A DNA stretch of 64,000 nucleotides from an uncultured delta proteobacterium (GCA_963727485.1 CAVSGM010000003.1:143532-207531), one strand, 5' to 3'. Shown: positions 1 through 10,275, numbered from the stretch's first letter. Notes: a model not told the origin generated them from the letters alone. Numbers and translations: made by a program.

Positions 1-910
1 CGAGGAGAAGATCGCCCCCCAGAGCCCGGGGACCACCAGCCAGGCGCCCAGAGGCGCGATGCGGGTCCAGATCAGCGGGTCCTTGAGGGCCTGGGGATTG
101 GCGCCGGCGTGGAGGAGGAACGGGACGCCGAGGTAGATGACGAAGCCGGTGAGGGTGGCGGCGATGGCGCCCAGGGGGATGGCCTTGCCCGGGTTGCGCA
201 GGTCGCCGGAGAGGCCGAGGCCGGCCATCACCCCGGTGACCGCCGGGAAGAACACCGCGAACACCACCCAGAAGCCCACGGCCTTGGCGGCGGGGGCGGC
301 GACGGGGACCGGGTCGGCGACGTAGTGGCCCCGGAGGACCCCGACCGCGAGCGCCGCGATGGCCATGACGATGAGCACCATCAGGGGGATCTGCGCCTTG
401 AGGGCGGCGTTGGCGCCCTTGAACGCCAGGATCCCCACCGCGGCGACGATGACGAAGGCGGCGAGCTCCACCGGGACGCCCGGCCACACGATGCGCAGGG
501 ACTCGGCGAGACCGAAGGCGTAGAGGGTCACCGAGAACGCCTGGGAGAGGAAGAGCGGCACCCCGATGGCGCCGCCGATCTCCAGGCCCAGGCTCCGCGG
601 AGATCATGTAGTAGGCGCCGCCCACGCCCACGTGGATGTTGGTGGCCACCGCCGAGAGCGAGAGCGCGGTGATGAGGGTGATGACGTTGGCGATGACGAC
701 GATGAGCAGCGTCTTCGGCAGGCCCACCGAGCCCACGACCCACCCGAAGCGCAGGAACATGATCACGCCGAGGATGGTGAGCACCGTCGGGGTGTAGACC
801 CCGATGAAGGTGCCCAGCTTGCCGTCCTTCGGCCGCCGCGGCTTGCGGAAGCGCGAGAGCAGTCCCCCCTTCACCGGCGACCGCGTCGCTGTCTCCTCGC
901 CCTTGGCCAT
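1..910 (-). CDS. APC-superfamily transporter, SLC12 (cation-chloride cotransporter)/amino-acid-permease-like; partial (C-terminus lies beyond the window start); one single-base insertion near 598-602 breaks the frame
   Basis: Reverse translation from ATG at 910 gives MAKGEETATRSPVKGGLLSRFRKPRRPKDGKLGTFIGVYTPTVLTILGVIMFLRFGWVVGSVGL... with many TM segments, typical of SLC12/APC N-termini. The frame is lost at ...GGAYYMIS and resumes as SLGLEIGGAIGVPLF... one base out. Confidence 0.6.
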   Translation of the reverse strand, partial: MAKGEETATRSPVKGGLLSRFRKPRRPKDGKLGTFIGVYTPTVLTILGVIMFLRFGWVVGSVGLPKTLLIVVIANVITLITALSLSAVATNIHVGVGGAYYMISAEPGPGDRRRHRGAALPLPGVLGDPLRLRSRRVPAHRVAGRPGGARRLRHRRRGGDPGVQGRQRRPQGADPPDGAHRHGHRGARGRGPPGPLRRRPGPRRRPRRQGRGLLGGVRGVLPGGHRGDGRPRPLRRPAQPGQGHPPGRHRRHPHRLRHLPRRPVPPPRRRQSPGPQGPADLDPHRASGRLAGGPRALGGDLLL

Positions 911-968
911 GGGCGGAGAGGGTACTCGGGGACGGGGGCTTCGCGCGAGGGGGGAAGCGCGGCGGCCC

Positions 969-2045
969 CTAGCCGAAGAACACCGCGGCGTCGTCGTAGA
1001 GCGCCTGGTCGATGCCCTTGAGCTTGGCGGTGGCCTCGGCGAGCGGCACCTCGACCATGGCGGTGCCCTTGAGGGCGACCATCATCCCGAACTGCCCCCG
1101 CTGCACCATCTCGGCGGCGTGGAGGCCGAAGCGGGTGGCGAGCACCCGGTCCCAGGCGGTGGGGCTGCCCCCGCGCTGCACGTGGCCCAGGGTGGTCACC
1201 CGGGTCTCGATCCCGAGGCGCTCCTCGAGCTCGGCGGCGAGCCAGGCGCCGACGCCCCCGAGGCGCGGGCGGCCGAAGTCGTCGGGGGTGGCGATGGCGG
1301 TGATGAGCCTGGGCTCCCCGTCCTCGCCGATGATCCGGGCGCCCTCGGCGACGACCACGATGGAGAAGTTCTTCCCCCGGCGGTGGCGGCGCTCGAGGCT
1401 CCGGGCGAGCTCGTCGAGGTCGGTGGCCCGCTCGGGGACCAGGATGGCGTCGGCGCCCCCGGCCATCCCCGCGTGGAGCGCGATGTGGCCCACGTGCCGG
1501 CCCATGACCTCGACCACCATGACCCGGCTGTGGGCCTCGGCGGTGGTGTGGAGGCGGTCGATGGCGTCGGTGGCGATCTGCACCGCGGTGTCGAAGCCGA
1601 AGGTGTAGTCGGTGGCGGCGATGTCGTTGTCGATGGTCTTCGGCACCCCGACCACCTTGAGCTGGCCGCGCTCGTGGAAGCGCCGGGTGATGGAGAGGGT
1701 GCCCTCGCCGCCGATGGCGATCACCGCGTCGAGGCCGAGCTCGGCGGCGGTGTGCTCCACCCGCGCCGGGCCGTCGTCTGCCTGGTAGGGGTTCACGCGG
1801 GTGGTCCCGAGGATGGTGCCCCCGGCGTGGAGGATCCCGCTGACCGCGCGCTGGGTGAGCTTGAAGTGGTCGCGCTCGAGGAGCCCCTGCCACCCGCCCC
1901 GGATCCCGGTGACCTCGTAGTGGAGGGACACCGAGCGCCGGACCACCGCGCGAATCACCGCGTTGAGCCCCGGGCAGTCGCCGCCGCCGGTGAGGATGCC
2001 GACCTTCACGGGTGCCTCGTTACGCCAGGGTGGGCAGGGCTGCAA
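969..2045 (-). CDS. pfkA: 6-phosphofructokinase
   Basis: 358-aa ORF containing [23 protein letters not shown]...GGEGTL...[10 protein letters not shown], the PFK fold motifs. The start may be a few codons inside the listed ATG. Confidence 0.85.
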   Translation of the reverse strand: MQPCPPWRNEAPVKVGILTGGGDCPGLNAVIRAVVRRSVSLHYEVTGIRGGWQGLLERDHFKLTQRAVSGILHAGGTILGTTRVNPYQADDGPARVEHTAAELGLDAVIAIGGEGTLSITRRFHERGQLKVVGVPKTIDNDIAATDYTFGFDTAVQIATDAIDRLHTTAEAHSRVMVVEVMGRHVGHIALHAGMAGGADAILVPERATDLDELARSLERRHRRGKNFSIVVVAEGARIIGEDGEPRLITAIATPDDFGRPRLGGVGAWLAAELEERLGIETRVTTLGHVQRGGSPTAWDRVLATRFGLHAAEMVQRGQFGMMVALKGTAMVEVPLAEATAKLKGIDQALYDDAAVFFG

Positions 2046-2110
2046 GCACGGATATCCTGCGCTGCGCCGGATCGTTGCCCGGCCGGGGTCGCGGTGCTAA
2101 TCCCCCACCC

Positions 2111-3505
2111 ATGAAGACGCGCATCGAAACCGACTCCATGGGTGAGATGGAGGTCCCGGCGGACCGCTACTACGGCGCCCAGACCGCCCGCTCCAAGTCG
2201 AACTTCAAGATCGGCGGCGAGACCATGCCCCGGGAGATCCTCCGGGCCTTCGGGATCCTCAAGAAGGCCGCGGCGATCACCAACCGGGACCTGGGCAACC
2301 TCGAGCCGGCCATCGCCGACCTCATCGTCAAGGCCGCCGACGAGGTCATCGCCGGCAAGCTCGACGACCACTTCCCCCTGGTGGTGTGGCAGACCGGGTC
2401 GGGGACCCAGTCGAACATGAACGTCAACGAGGTCATCTCCAACCGCGCCATCGAGCTCGCCGGCGGACAGATGGGCTCCAAGAAGCCGGTCCACCCCAAC
2501 GACCACGTCAACCGCTCCCAGTCGAGCAACGACACCTTCCCCACCGCCATGCACATCGCCGCGGTGGAGCGCATCGAGGACCACCTCCTGCCCAAGGTGA
2601 AGCAGCTGCGGGACACCCTGGCGGGCAAGTCCGAGCAGTTCGCCGACATCGTGAAGATCGGGCGCACCCACCTCCAGGACGCGGTGCCCCTGACCCTGGG
2701 CCAGGAGATGAGCGGCTGGGTGGCCCAGCTCGACCACGCCCTGGCCGCCGTCGAGGCCACGCTCCCCCAGCTCCGGGAGCTGGCGCTCGGCGGCACCGCG
2801 GTGGGCACCGGGCTCAACACCCACCCCAAGTACGCCGAGCAGGTGGCGGCGAAGATCGCCGAGCTGTCCGGCCACGCCTTCGTCACCGCGCCCAACAAGT
2901 TCGGGGCGCTCGCCGCCCACGACGCCTTCGTGGGGACCAGCGGGGCCCTCAAGCAGCTCGCCGCCGCGTGCATGAAGATCGCCAACGACGTGCGCTGGCT
3001 CGCCAGCGGCCCGCGCTGCGGCATCGGCGAGCTGAAGATCCCCGAGAACGAGCCGGGCAGCTCCATCATGCCGGGCAAGGTGAACCCCACCCAGGCCGAG
3101 GCCATGACCATGGTCTGCTGCCAGGTCTTCGGCAACGACGCCACCATCGGCTTCGCCGGCTCCCAGGGGAACTTCGAGCTCAACGTCTACAAGCCGGTGA
3201 TCGCCTTCAACCTGCTCCAGTCGGTGCGGCTCCTCGGCGACAGCTGCGAGAGCTTCGACATTCACTGCGCGGTGGGCATCGAGCCCAACCGCGAGGTCAT
3301 CGAGCGGAACCTCAAGAACTCCCTGATGCTGGTGACGGCGCTGAACCCCAAGATCGGCTACGACAACGCCGCCAAGGTGGCCAAGCACGCCCACAAGACC
3401 GGCGGCACCCTCAAGGACGCGGCGGTGGAGCTGGGCCTGCTCACCGCGGAGGAGTTCGACGCCGCCGTCCGGCCCGATAAGATGGTCGGACCCCTCGATC
3501 TGTAG
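2111..3505 (+). CDS. fumC: Class II fumarate hydratase (fumarase C)
   Basis: [28 protein letters not shown]...[16 protein letters not shown], the class II fumarase signature. The internal ATG at 2111 of the longer 2012 ORF fits homologue length. Confidence 0.9.
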   Translation: MKTRIETDSMGEMEVPADRYYGAQTARSKSNFKIGGETMPREILRAFGILKKAAAITNRDLGNLEPAIADLIVKAADEVIAGKLDDHFPLVVWQTGSGTQSNMNVNEVISNRAIELAGGQMGSKKPVHPNDHVNRSQSSNDTFPTAMHIAAVERIEDHLLPKVKQLRDTLAGKSEQFADIVKIGRTHLQDAVPLTLGQEMSGWVAQLDHALAAVEATLPQLRELALGGTAVGTGLNTHPKYAEQVAAKIAELSGHAFVTAPNKFGALAAHDAFVGTSGALKQLAAACMKIANDVRWLASGPRCGIGELKIPENEPGSSIMPGKVNPTQAEAMTMVCCQVFGNDATIGFAGSQGNFELNVYKPVIAFNLLQSVRLLGDSCESFDIHCAVGIEPNREVIERNLKNSLMLVTALNPKIGYDNAAKVAKHAHKTGGTLKDAAVELGLLTAEEFDAAVRPDKMVGPLDL

Positions 3506-3526
3506 TCCGCCTCCAGGAGCGTCCGC

Positions 3527-4255
3527 ATGTCCCCGAGCCCCCGCCTCGCCCTCGCCGCCGCCGTCCTCTTCGCCTGTGCCGCCTGCAGCGGCGGGAGCGG
3601 CGGGGGCACCCCCGACGGCGGCACCGACGGGGGCTCGAACGGCCAGACCGACCAGGCCTACTTCGGGCTGACCGACGGCACCTGCTACGGCTTCCTCCAG
3701 GCCGGGGGCACCGCGGGCCGTCCCCCGGACGCCACCATCGGGATCCAGGCGGACAACACCCTGGGCTACCCGGCGCTGCGGGTGGACTACCGGGTGGGCG
3801 GCTTCGTCCTCCGCACCGACTTCGTGACCGTGGACAACGGCCAGGTGCTGCTCCACCGGCGCGAGGAGACGGGCAACCCCGGGATGCAGGTGGAGTTCAG
3901 CCCGCCCATCGTGCTCCTCGAGCGGCCGGTGCGGGAGACCGGGACCTCGCCTGTCACCACCGACTCCACCTCCACCGACGTGACCGACAGCAGCACCGCC
4001 GCCTGGCACGTGGAGGTCACCGTCGCCGCCACCCAGTCCACCCAGACCACCCAGCAGAGCGCCCCCTACGACGCCTACCCGGTCTACCTCGCCTACCAGC
4101 ACCCGACCCTGGGGGCGGCGCAGCAGGACAAGCTGTGGGTGGTCCCGAACACCGGCTTCGTGCGCGCCGACCTCGACGGCTCGAGCTGGCCCGACGTCAC
4201 CCTCTCCGCCATCTGGCAGCTCAAGCCGGGGGAAAGCCGATGCACCGCGCCGTGA
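3527..4255 (+). CDS. Hypothetical lipoprotein
   Basis: N-terminus MSPSPRLALAAAVLFACAACSGG carries a signal peptide plus lipobox; Thr/Ser-rich; no recognisable catalytic motif. Confidence 0.5.
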   Translation: MSPSPRLALAAAVLFACAACSGGSGGGTPDGGTDGGSNGQTDQAYFGLTDGTCYGFLQAGGTAGRPPDATIGIQADNTLGYPALRVDYRVGGFVLRTDFVTVDNGQVLLHRREETGNPGMQVEFSPPIVLLERPVRETGTSPVTTDSTSTDVTDSSTAAWHVEVTVAATQSTQTTQQSAPYDAYPVYLAYQHPTLGAAQQDKLWVVPNTGFVRADLDGSSWPDVTLSAIWQLKPGESRCTAP

Positions 4256-5106
4256 TCCGTTCCGTCCGCCGGGCCCTGGTCCCGGCCCTGGGCCTCGCCC
4301 TGGGCCTCGGCTTCGGTCTCGCCTCGTGCAAGACCGCGCCGCAGGTGAAGGCGCCGGGCACCTTCACCGTCGAGCCCACGGGCCTCAAGACCACCCACCA
4401 GACCCTCTCGAGCTTCACCGTGACCCTCTCGGCGTCGGTGGAGAACCCGGGGAAGGTGCCGCTGACGATCACCGGCGCCGACTACACACTCACCGTCGGG
4501 GGCAAGGTGCTGCGCACCGGCCACGCGCCCCTGGAGCTGACGGTGGCGCCCACGAGCAGCGGCCAGCTCTCGTTCCCAGTGGCGGTGGAGTACGCCCTCA
4601 AGCTCGAGGAGCTCCAGAAGCTCGCGAGCACCCCCACCATCGATCTCCTCCTCGGCGGGACCATCGACGGCAAGCTGGGGACGCAGGCGGTCCAGGTGCC
4701 CTTCTCCCGGGCCGGGCAGCTTCGCAGCCCCCGGCTGCCGACGGTCAAGCTCGGGACCCCCGACGCCGCGCGCCAGAGCCTCTCGGAGATCGCCGCCACC
4801 TTCCGCCTCCAGGTGGAGAACGACAACCCGTTCCCGGTGAAGCTCGACGGCCTCGACTACGTGCTCACCGTCCAGGGCGCCGACGTGGCCTCGGGGACCG
4901 TCGGCGACCGGACCACCGTGCCGCCCTCGTCGACCCAGACCTGGGAGGTCCCGACGGACCTCACCGAGAAGACGGTCCCGGGGATGACCAAGGCGATGAA
5001 GGAGAACAACGCCCTCGACGATCACCTCAAGGGCGTGTTGCACCTGGGGCCGGTGGACGTGCCGGTGGATCTGACCTCGCAGATCACCTTCACCGAGCAG
5101 CGGTAG
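4240..5106 (+). CDS. LEA14/WHy (late-embryogenesis-abundant LEA-2)-like lipoprotein
   Basis: MHRAVIRSVRRALVPALGLALGLGFGLASCK gives a signal peptide and lipobox. It is followed by two repeated beta-rich modules (TFTVEPTG...VENPGKVPLTITGADYTLTVGGKVL; FRLQVENDNPFPVKLDGLDYVLTVQGADVASG) matching the LEA-2/WHy pattern. It overlaps the previous ORF by 16 nt. Confidence 0.5.
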   Translation: MHRAVIRSVRRALVPALGLALGLGFGLASCKTAPQVKAPGTFTVEPTGLKTTHQTLSSFTVTLSASVENPGKVPLTITGADYTLTVGGKVLRTGHAPLELTVAPTSSGQLSFPVAVEYALKLEELQKLASTPTIDLLLGGTIDGKLGTQAVQVPFSRAGQLRSPRLPTVKLGTPDAARQSLSEIAATFRLQVENDNPFPVKLDGLDYVLTVQGADVASGTVGDRTTVPPSSTQTWEVPTDLTEKTVPGMTKAMKENNALDDHLKGVLHLGPVDVPVDLTSQITFTEQR

Positions 5107-5191
5107 CAGCGGTCGCGCCCCGGGGGCGGCGACCCGCCGGCGAGGTCGGTGAGGTCGGTGACGGTGGGGGCTTGATTCTCGGGTCGGCTTT

Positions 5192-5227
5192 CAACTAACA
5201 ATCAAAAAATCATTTGATTGTTAGTTG
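5192..5227. promoter_or_regulatory. Perfect 15-6-15 inverted repeat, candidate ArsR-type operator
   Basis: CAACTAACAATCAAA-AAATCA-TTTGATTGTTAGTTG. It is AT-rich in a very GC-rich background and overlaps the 5' end of the ArsR–rhodanese ORF. Confidence 0.6.
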
Positions 5228-5913
5228 GAGTGACCGTGCCCAAGACCGAAGTCCGAGACCAGCTCTACGAGGCCTACGCCCGCATCGGCCAGGCCGCCGG
5301 CAGCCCCCGGCGCCTGCGCCTGCTCAACATCCTTGCCCAGGCCGAGAAGACCGTGGAGGCCCTGGCCGAGGAGACCGGCCAGTCCACCGCCGCGGTGAGC
5401 GCCCACCTCAAGGTCCTCCGGGAGGCCCACCTGGTCGCCGGCCGCCGGGAGGGGCGCCACGTGCGCTACCGGGTCGCCGACGACACGGTCACCCGGTTCT
5501 GGGTCGCCCTCCAGGCCCTCGGCGAGGCGAGGCTCCCCCAGGTCCGGGACACGGTCCACCGCTACTTCTCCGAGCCCGAGACCCTCGAGCCCTTCGACGC
5601 CTGGACCCTCCTCGGCCAGGTGCAGCGTGGCGAGGTCCTCCTCCTCGACCTGCGAAAGGCCGACGAGTACGCCGCCGGCCACATCCCCGGCGCCCGCTCC
5701 GTCCCCGCCATCGAGCTCGAGTCGCGTCTCGCCGAGCTGCCCACCGATCGCCGGATCGTCGCCTACTGCCGCGGCCCCTACTGCGTGGTCGCCCTGGAAA
5801 CCGTCGAGCGCCTCCGGGCGAAGGGCCTGGAGGTGCGGCGCCTCCCCGCGGGGATCGCCGAGTGGCAGGCCGGCGGCCACGACCTCGAGCGCATCCCCAA
5901 CCCCCTCACCTGA
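5218..5913 (+). CDS. ArsR/SmtB-family transcriptional regulator fused to a rhodanese (sulfurtransferase) domain
   Basis: N-terminal wHTH (LRLLNILAQAEKTVEALAEETGQSTAAVSAHLKVLREAHLV) followed by a rhodanese domain with an active-site Cys loop (LLLDLRKADEYAAGHIPGARSV...IVAYCRGPYC). The true start is probably the GTG at ~5230-5236, just past the palindrome. Confidence 0.75.
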   Translation: MLVGVTVPKTEVRDQLYEAYARIGQAAGSPRRLRLLNILAQAEKTVEALAEETGQSTAAVSAHLKVLREAHLVAGRREGRHVRYRVADDTVTRFWVALQALGEARLPQVRDTVHRYFSEPETLEPFDAWTLLGQVQRGEVLLLDLRKADEYAAGHIPGARSVPAIELESRLAELPTDRRIVAYCRGPYCVVALETVERLRAKGLEVRRLPAGIAEWQAGGHDLERIPNPLT

Positions 5914-5928
5914 ACCGGAGTCCCCACC

Positions 5929-6882
5929 ATGTCCGCCCCCCTTGACGCCTCCAAGCGCGCCGACGCCCTCTTCCGGGGCCTGTTCAGCCTCCTCTTCGTG
6001 GTCGCCGGGATCGAGCACCTGTTCAACACCCAGAAGGTGGTGGCCAAGCTCGCCCACGCGCCGCTGGCCTGGCTGGCCACCGACCTCGCCCCGCCGACCT
6101 TCCTGGTCGTCGCCGCGGGCGTCACCCTCTTCGTCTTCGGCCTGATGATGCTCCTGGGCTTCCGCACCCGCCTGGCGGCGGTGGTCCTCATCGCGGTGCT
6201 CATCCCCATCACCATCACGGTGCAGGTGGGCAGCGTGAAGACCATCGGGCCCCTGCTCAAGAACGTGGCGCTCCTCGGCGGCCTCATCCACTTCGCCTCC
6301 GTGGGCAGCGGGCCGGTGAGCCTCGACGCCCTCTTCGCCCGCCTCCGGGGCCAGACCCTCGAGGGCGACGGCCTCACCCTCTTCGGGCGGTCCGCCGGGG
6401 TCGGGGCGCTCGCCGCCGGGGCGCTGGCCCTGATCCTCGGGGTCGTCGTGGCCTCCATGGGCTGCCCCCGGGCCGCCGCGGCGGAGGAGGGGCACAAGGC
6501 GTGCGCCGCCCCCAAGCGCGCCGCCCTCGGCGCCCCGGTGGAGAAGGCCGAAGGCGTCGCCTTCCTGGTCCGCGACGTGTCCACCCTCAAGGCGAGCCTC
6601 GGCACCGCCGGCCAGATGCTCCACGGCCAGGGCTTCCCCGTCGCCCACGCCGAGGTGGTGGTCTGCGGGAAGCTGGTCCAGCAGCTGGTCATGGGCTCCG
6701 ACCTCGAGCCCGCCATCGAGCGGGCGAGCCAGGGCGGGGTGAAGGTCGTGGCCTGCGGGCTCTCGCTCGCCCACATGCACGTGGACCCCCGGAGCCTCTC
6801 GACCTACGTCTCCACCGTCCCCAACGGCCTGGTGGAGATGGTCCGCCTCGAGGCGAAGGGCTGGCAGGCGGTGTCGCTCTAG
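5929..6882 (+). CDS. DoxX-family membrane domain fused to a DsrE/DsrF-like sulfur-relay domain
   Basis: N-terminal four-helix DoxX-like region (LFRGLFSLLFVVAGIEHL...LLGGLIHF). C-terminal VAFLVRD...VVVCGKLVQQL...VKVVACGLSLAHMHVD resembles DsrE/TusD-like proteins. Confidence 0.6.
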   Translation: MSAPLDASKRADALFRGLFSLLFVVAGIEHLFNTQKVVAKLAHAPLAWLATDLAPPTFLVVAAGVTLFVFGLMMLLGFRTRLAAVVLIAVLIPITITVQVGSVKTIGPLLKNVALLGGLIHFASVGSGPVSLDALFARLRGQTLEGDGLTLFGRSAGVGALAAGALALILGVVVASMGCPRAAAAEEGHKACAAPKRAALGAPVEKAEGVAFLVRDVSTLKASLGTAGQMLHGQGFPVAHAEVVVCGKLVQQLVMGSDLEPAIERASQGGVKVVACGLSLAHMHVDPRSLSTYVSTVPNGLVEMVRLEAKGWQAVSL

Positions 6883-6904
6883 CGGCAGCCGGGGCCCGGG
6901 CCCG

Positions 6905-7810
6905 CTACCCCTTCCCGCGGGTCCGGGTCTTCCCCGGCTCGGCGGTCTTCTCCACGAACTCGATCATCTTCCCGGCGATGTCCTTGCCGGTGGTGGTCTC
7001 GATCCCCTCGAGGCCGGGCGAGGCGTTCACCTCCATGACCACCGGCCCGTGGTGCGACCGGAGGATGTCCACGCCGGCGACGTTGAGCCCCAGGATCCGC
7101 GCCGCGCGCACCGCCGTCGACCGCTCCTCGGGGGTGATCTTCACGGTCTCGGCCTGGCCGCCCCGGTGGAGGTTGGAGCGGAACTCGCCGGCCTTCGCCG
7201 TCCGGCGCATGGAGGCGACGACCTTGTCCCCGATGACGAAGAGGCGCAGGTCCGAGCCCTTGGCCTCCTTGATGAACTCCTGGACGATGATGTTGGCGTT
7301 GAGGCCCATGAACGCCTCGATGACGCTCTCGGCGGCCTGGGAGGTCTCGGCGAGGACCACGCCGATGCCCTGGGTGCCCTCGAGGAGCTTGATCACCGAC
7401 GGCGCCCCGCCCACGAACTGCAGCAGGTCCCCGACGTCGTCGGGGGAGCGGGCGAAGCCGGTGACCGGCATCCCGATGCCCTTGCGCGCCAGCAGCTGGA
7501 GGCTCCGGAGCTTGTCCCGGGCCCGGCTGATGGCCACCGACTCGTTGAGGCAGAAGACGCCCATCATCTCGAACTGCCGCACCACCGCGGCGCCGTAGAA
7601 GGTCACCGAGGCGCCGATCCGGGGGATGACGGCGTCGAAGCCCTCGAGCTTGCGCCCCCGGTAGTGCACCGAGGGGTTGTGGGCGGAGATGTTCATGTAG
7701 CAGCGCAGGGTGTCGATGACCTCCGCCTCGTGGCCCCGGGCCTCGCAGGCCTCCACCAGCCGGCGGGTGGAGTAGAGCTTTCGGTTGCGGGACAGGATGG
7801 CGATCTTCAT
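6905..7810 (-). CDS. rimK: RimK-family ATP-grasp alpha-L-glutamate ligase
   Basis: [33 protein letters not shown]...[17 protein letters not shown]...[30 protein letters not shown], the canonical RimK pattern. Confidence 0.85.
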   Translation of the reverse strand: MKIAILSRNRKLYSTRRLVEACEARGHEAEVIDTLRCYMNISAHNPSVHYRGRKLEGFDAVIPRIGASVTFYGAAVVRQFEMMGVFCLNESVAISRARDKLRSLQLLARKGIGMPVTGFARSPDDVGDLLQFVGGAPSVIKLLEGTQGIGVVLAETSQAAESVIEAFMGLNANIIVQEFIKEAKGSDLRLFVIGDKVVASMRRTAKAGEFRSNLHRGGQAETVKITPEERSTAVRAARILGLNVAGVDILRSHHGPVVMEVNASPGLEGIETTTGKDIAGKMIEFVEKTAEPGKTRTRGKG

Positions 7811-8018
7811 GGCGCGTCCTCCGGAGAACGGGCGGAGCGGGCCTCGGCAGAGCGGGCCGGGGCCGGGGCCGTGCGGGCGTTACGAGTGGGCGCCCGATCG
7901 CCGGCGCGGGCCGTAGGCGCGGCGGAGCGTCCGGCCGGTGAGGTAGGACGCGCCGGGGTCGACGAGCATCCGTCCGGCGAGGGCGGTGCGACCTAGTAGC
8001 ATCCGGAAGCGCATGGTG

Positions 8019-8348
8019 TCACGAGCCGTCAGCGGAGATCTCCACCGGCACCGCGAGGTCGCCGACCACCACCTCGGTGGCCAGGATCGGCCGGCGCTCC
8101 CGGTGCCCCCCGGAGTCGCTGACCACCCGCTCGTCGGCCACCGGGGCGGCGCACACCAGCTCCACGTCCGAGCGCCGCTGCAGGGGGTGGAGGCGAAAGC
8201 GCACCCAGGGCGCGCCCCGGTCGAGGTAGCGCTCCACGGCGAAGGCGTGCAGCGCGCTGGTCCGCGCCCCGGTGTCGATCTTCGCCTTCACCGCCGGGAT
8301 CCCGAGCCCCGGGAGGGCGACCCACTCGCGCCAGCCGACGGTCAGCAC
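8019..8348 (-). CDS. RimK-associated retropepsin-like protein (DUF785, putative ATP-dependent zinc protease)
   Basis: [36 protein letters not shown]... matches the DUF785 signature. A GTG start directly abuts the glmS stop. It sits inside the 745-aa shadow ORF 8019..10256. Confidence 0.65.
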   Translation of the reverse strand: MLTVGWREWVALPGLGIPAVKAKIDTGARTSALHAFAVERYLDRGAPWVRFRLHPLQRRSDVELVCAAPVADERVVSDSGGHRERRPILATEVVVGDLAVPVEISADGS

Positions 8349-8350
8349 GC

Positions 8351-10183
8351 TCACTCGACGGTGACGCTCTTGGCGAGGTTTCTGGGCTGGTCCACGTCGG
8401 TGCCGTGGTGGTCGGCGACGTGGTAGGCGAGCAGCTGCAGGGGCACCACCGCCAGGAGCGGCTCGGTGAGCGCCGACGACTCGGGGATCCAGAGCACGTC
8501 GTGGGCCAGCCGCCCGATCTCCGCGTCCCCCTCGGTGGCGATGGCGATCACCCGCCCGCCCCGGGCCCGCGCCTCCTCGAGGTTCCCCAGGACCTTCTCG
8601 TAGGCCGAGTGCCTGGTGGCCACCACCACCACCGGCAGCCCCTGGTCGATGAGGGCGATGGGCCCGTGCTTCATCTCGCCGGCGGGGTAGCCTTCGGCGT
8701 GGAGGTAGGAGATCTCCTTGAGCTTGAGGGCCCCCTCGAGGGCGATGGGGAAGGCGATGCCCCGGCCCAGGAAGAGGAAGTCCCGGGCGGAGGCGACGTC
8801 CCGGGCGAGCTCGGCGATGTGCGCCTCGTCCTCGAGGAGGTGCTCTACCTGCCGGGGCACCGCCGCCAGTGCCTCGAGGTGGGCCCGGCCCTGGGCGGCG
8901 TCCACCGTCCCCCGGAGCCGCCCGAGGCGAAGCGCCACCAGGTAGAGGGCGGCGAGCTGGGTGGTGAACGCCTTGGTGGAGGCGACGCCGATCTCGGGGC
9001 CGGCGTGGGTGTAGAGGACGTCGTCGGCCTCCCGGGCGATGGCCGAGCCCAAAACGTTGACGATGGCGAAGGTACGGGCGCCGAGGCGCTTGGCCTCGCG
9101 CATCGCCGCCAGGGTGTCGGCGGTCTCGCCGGACTGGGAGATGGCGAGCACCAGGGTCCTCTCGTCGATGACCGGCTGCCGGTAGCGGAACTCGCTGGCG
9201 TAGTCGACCTCCACCGGGACCCGGGCGAGCTGCTCCACCAGGAACTTGCCCACCAGCCCCGCGTGCCAGCTGGTCCCACAGGCGACGATCACCACCCGGG
9301 AGATCGCCTCGGCGTCGGCGCGGGAGAGCTTCACCTCGTCGAGGACCACCTCGCCGTGCTCCGGTCGCATCCGGGTGCGCAGGGTGTCGGCGATGGCCCG
9401 GGGCTGCTCGTGGATCTCCTTGTGCATGAAGTGCTTGTGGCCGTTCTTCTCGGCCATCACCGGGGACCAGTCGATGCGCGTGGTCTCGCGGGAGACCGGG
9501 GTCCCGTCGAAGCGGATGATCCGCGCACCGTCCCGGCGCACCGTGGCGATCTCGCCCTCCTCGAGGAAGATCACCTCCCGGGTCCAGGGCAAGAGCGCCG
9601 GGACGTCCGAGGCCACGTGCCACGCCCCCTCGCCCCGGCCGAGGACCAGCGGCGAGGCGTTCTTGGCCACCACGATCTCGTCGGGGTGATCCGCGTGCAT
9701 CACCACCAGGGCGTAGGTGCCCTTCACCCGGGCCCGGGCCGCGCGCACCGCCTCGGTGAGGTCGCCGCCGCTCTCGTCGAGGGCGTCGGCCACCAGGTGG
9801 GCGAAGATCTCGGTGTCGGTCTCGCTGACGAAGACGTGGCCCGCGGACTCGAGCTCCCGGCGCAGGGCCAGGTGGTTCTCGATGATCCCGTTGTGGACCA
9901 CCGCCACGTCCCGGTACCGGTGGGGGTGGGCGTTCTTCTCGCTCGGGGGCCCGTGGGTCGCCCACCGGGTGTGGCCGATGCCCAGGTGGCCCGGGGTCGG
10001 GTGCGCGGCGAGGGCCGTCACCAGCCCGGCGAGCTTCCCCTCGCAGCGCACGATGTCCAGGCCGCCGTCCCCGAGGACCGCGACCCCCGCCGAGTCGTAG
10101 CCCCGGTACTCGAGGCGCCGCAGGCCCTCGACCAGGATCGGCGCCGCTTCCTCGGGGCCCACGTAACCAACGATGCCGCACAT
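8351..10183 (-). CDS. glmS: Glutamine--fructose-6-phosphate aminotransferase (glucosamine-6-phosphate synthase)
   Basis: MCGIVGYVG... N-terminal Cys nucleophile with two SIS domains (VIVACGTSWHAG, FLGRGIAFPIALEGALKLKEISY) and C-terminal ...AKSVTVE. Confidence 0.92.
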   Translation of the reverse strand: MCGIVGYVGPEEAAPILVEGLRRLEYRGYDSAGVAVLGDGGLDIVRCEGKLAGLVTALAAHPTPGHLGIGHTRWATHGPPSEKNAHPHRYRDVAVVHNGIIENHLALRRELESAGHVFVSETDTEIFAHLVADALDESGGDLTEAVRAARARVKGTYALVVMHADHPDEIVVAKNASPLVLGRGEGAWHVASDVPALLPWTREVIFLEEGEIATVRRDGARIIRFDGTPVSRETTRIDWSPVMAEKNGHKHFMHKEIHEQPRAIADTLRTRMRPEHGEVVLDEVKLSRADAEAISRVVIVACGTSWHAGLVGKFLVEQLARVPVEVDYASEFRYRQPVIDERTLVLAISQSGETADTLAAMREAKRLGARTFAIVNVLGSAIAREADDVLYTHAGPEIGVASTKAFTTQLAALYLVALRLGRLRGTVDAAQGRAHLEALAAVPRQVEHLLEDEAHIAELARDVASARDFLFLGRGIAFPIALEGALKLKEISYLHAEGYPAGEMKHGPIALIDQGLPVVVVATRHSAYEKVLGNLEEARARGGRVIAIATEGDAEIGRLAHDVLWIPESSALTEPLLAVVPLQLLAYHVADHHGTDVDQPRNLAKSVTVE

Positions 10184-10275
10184 GTCCTAAACCTCTACAC
10201 CGGGTTCGCCGGCGCACCCAAGAGCCGGTCGCGATCGCCGCCGGGCCACCGGGCACGGTCCCCAGGGGGCCGGCC

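Noticed and set aside
109-1021. Plus-strand ORFs 109..672, 137..325, 566..1021 at the window start
   Set aside because: Asp/Gly/Arg low-complexity translations antisense to the transporter gene; no start context or motifs.
6883-6904. Possible bidirectional terminator between convergent DoxX–DsrE and rimK
   Set aside because: Only 22 nt, GC-only palindromic fragment (ccggggcccgggccc) with no T tract; too weak to call.
8019-10256. 745-aa minus-strand ORF spanning the glmS region
   Set aside because: Only its last ~110 codons (8019-8348) read as a real protein (DUF785). The rest is an Arg/Gly/Pro-rich alternative frame over glmS, typical high-GC shadow ORF.
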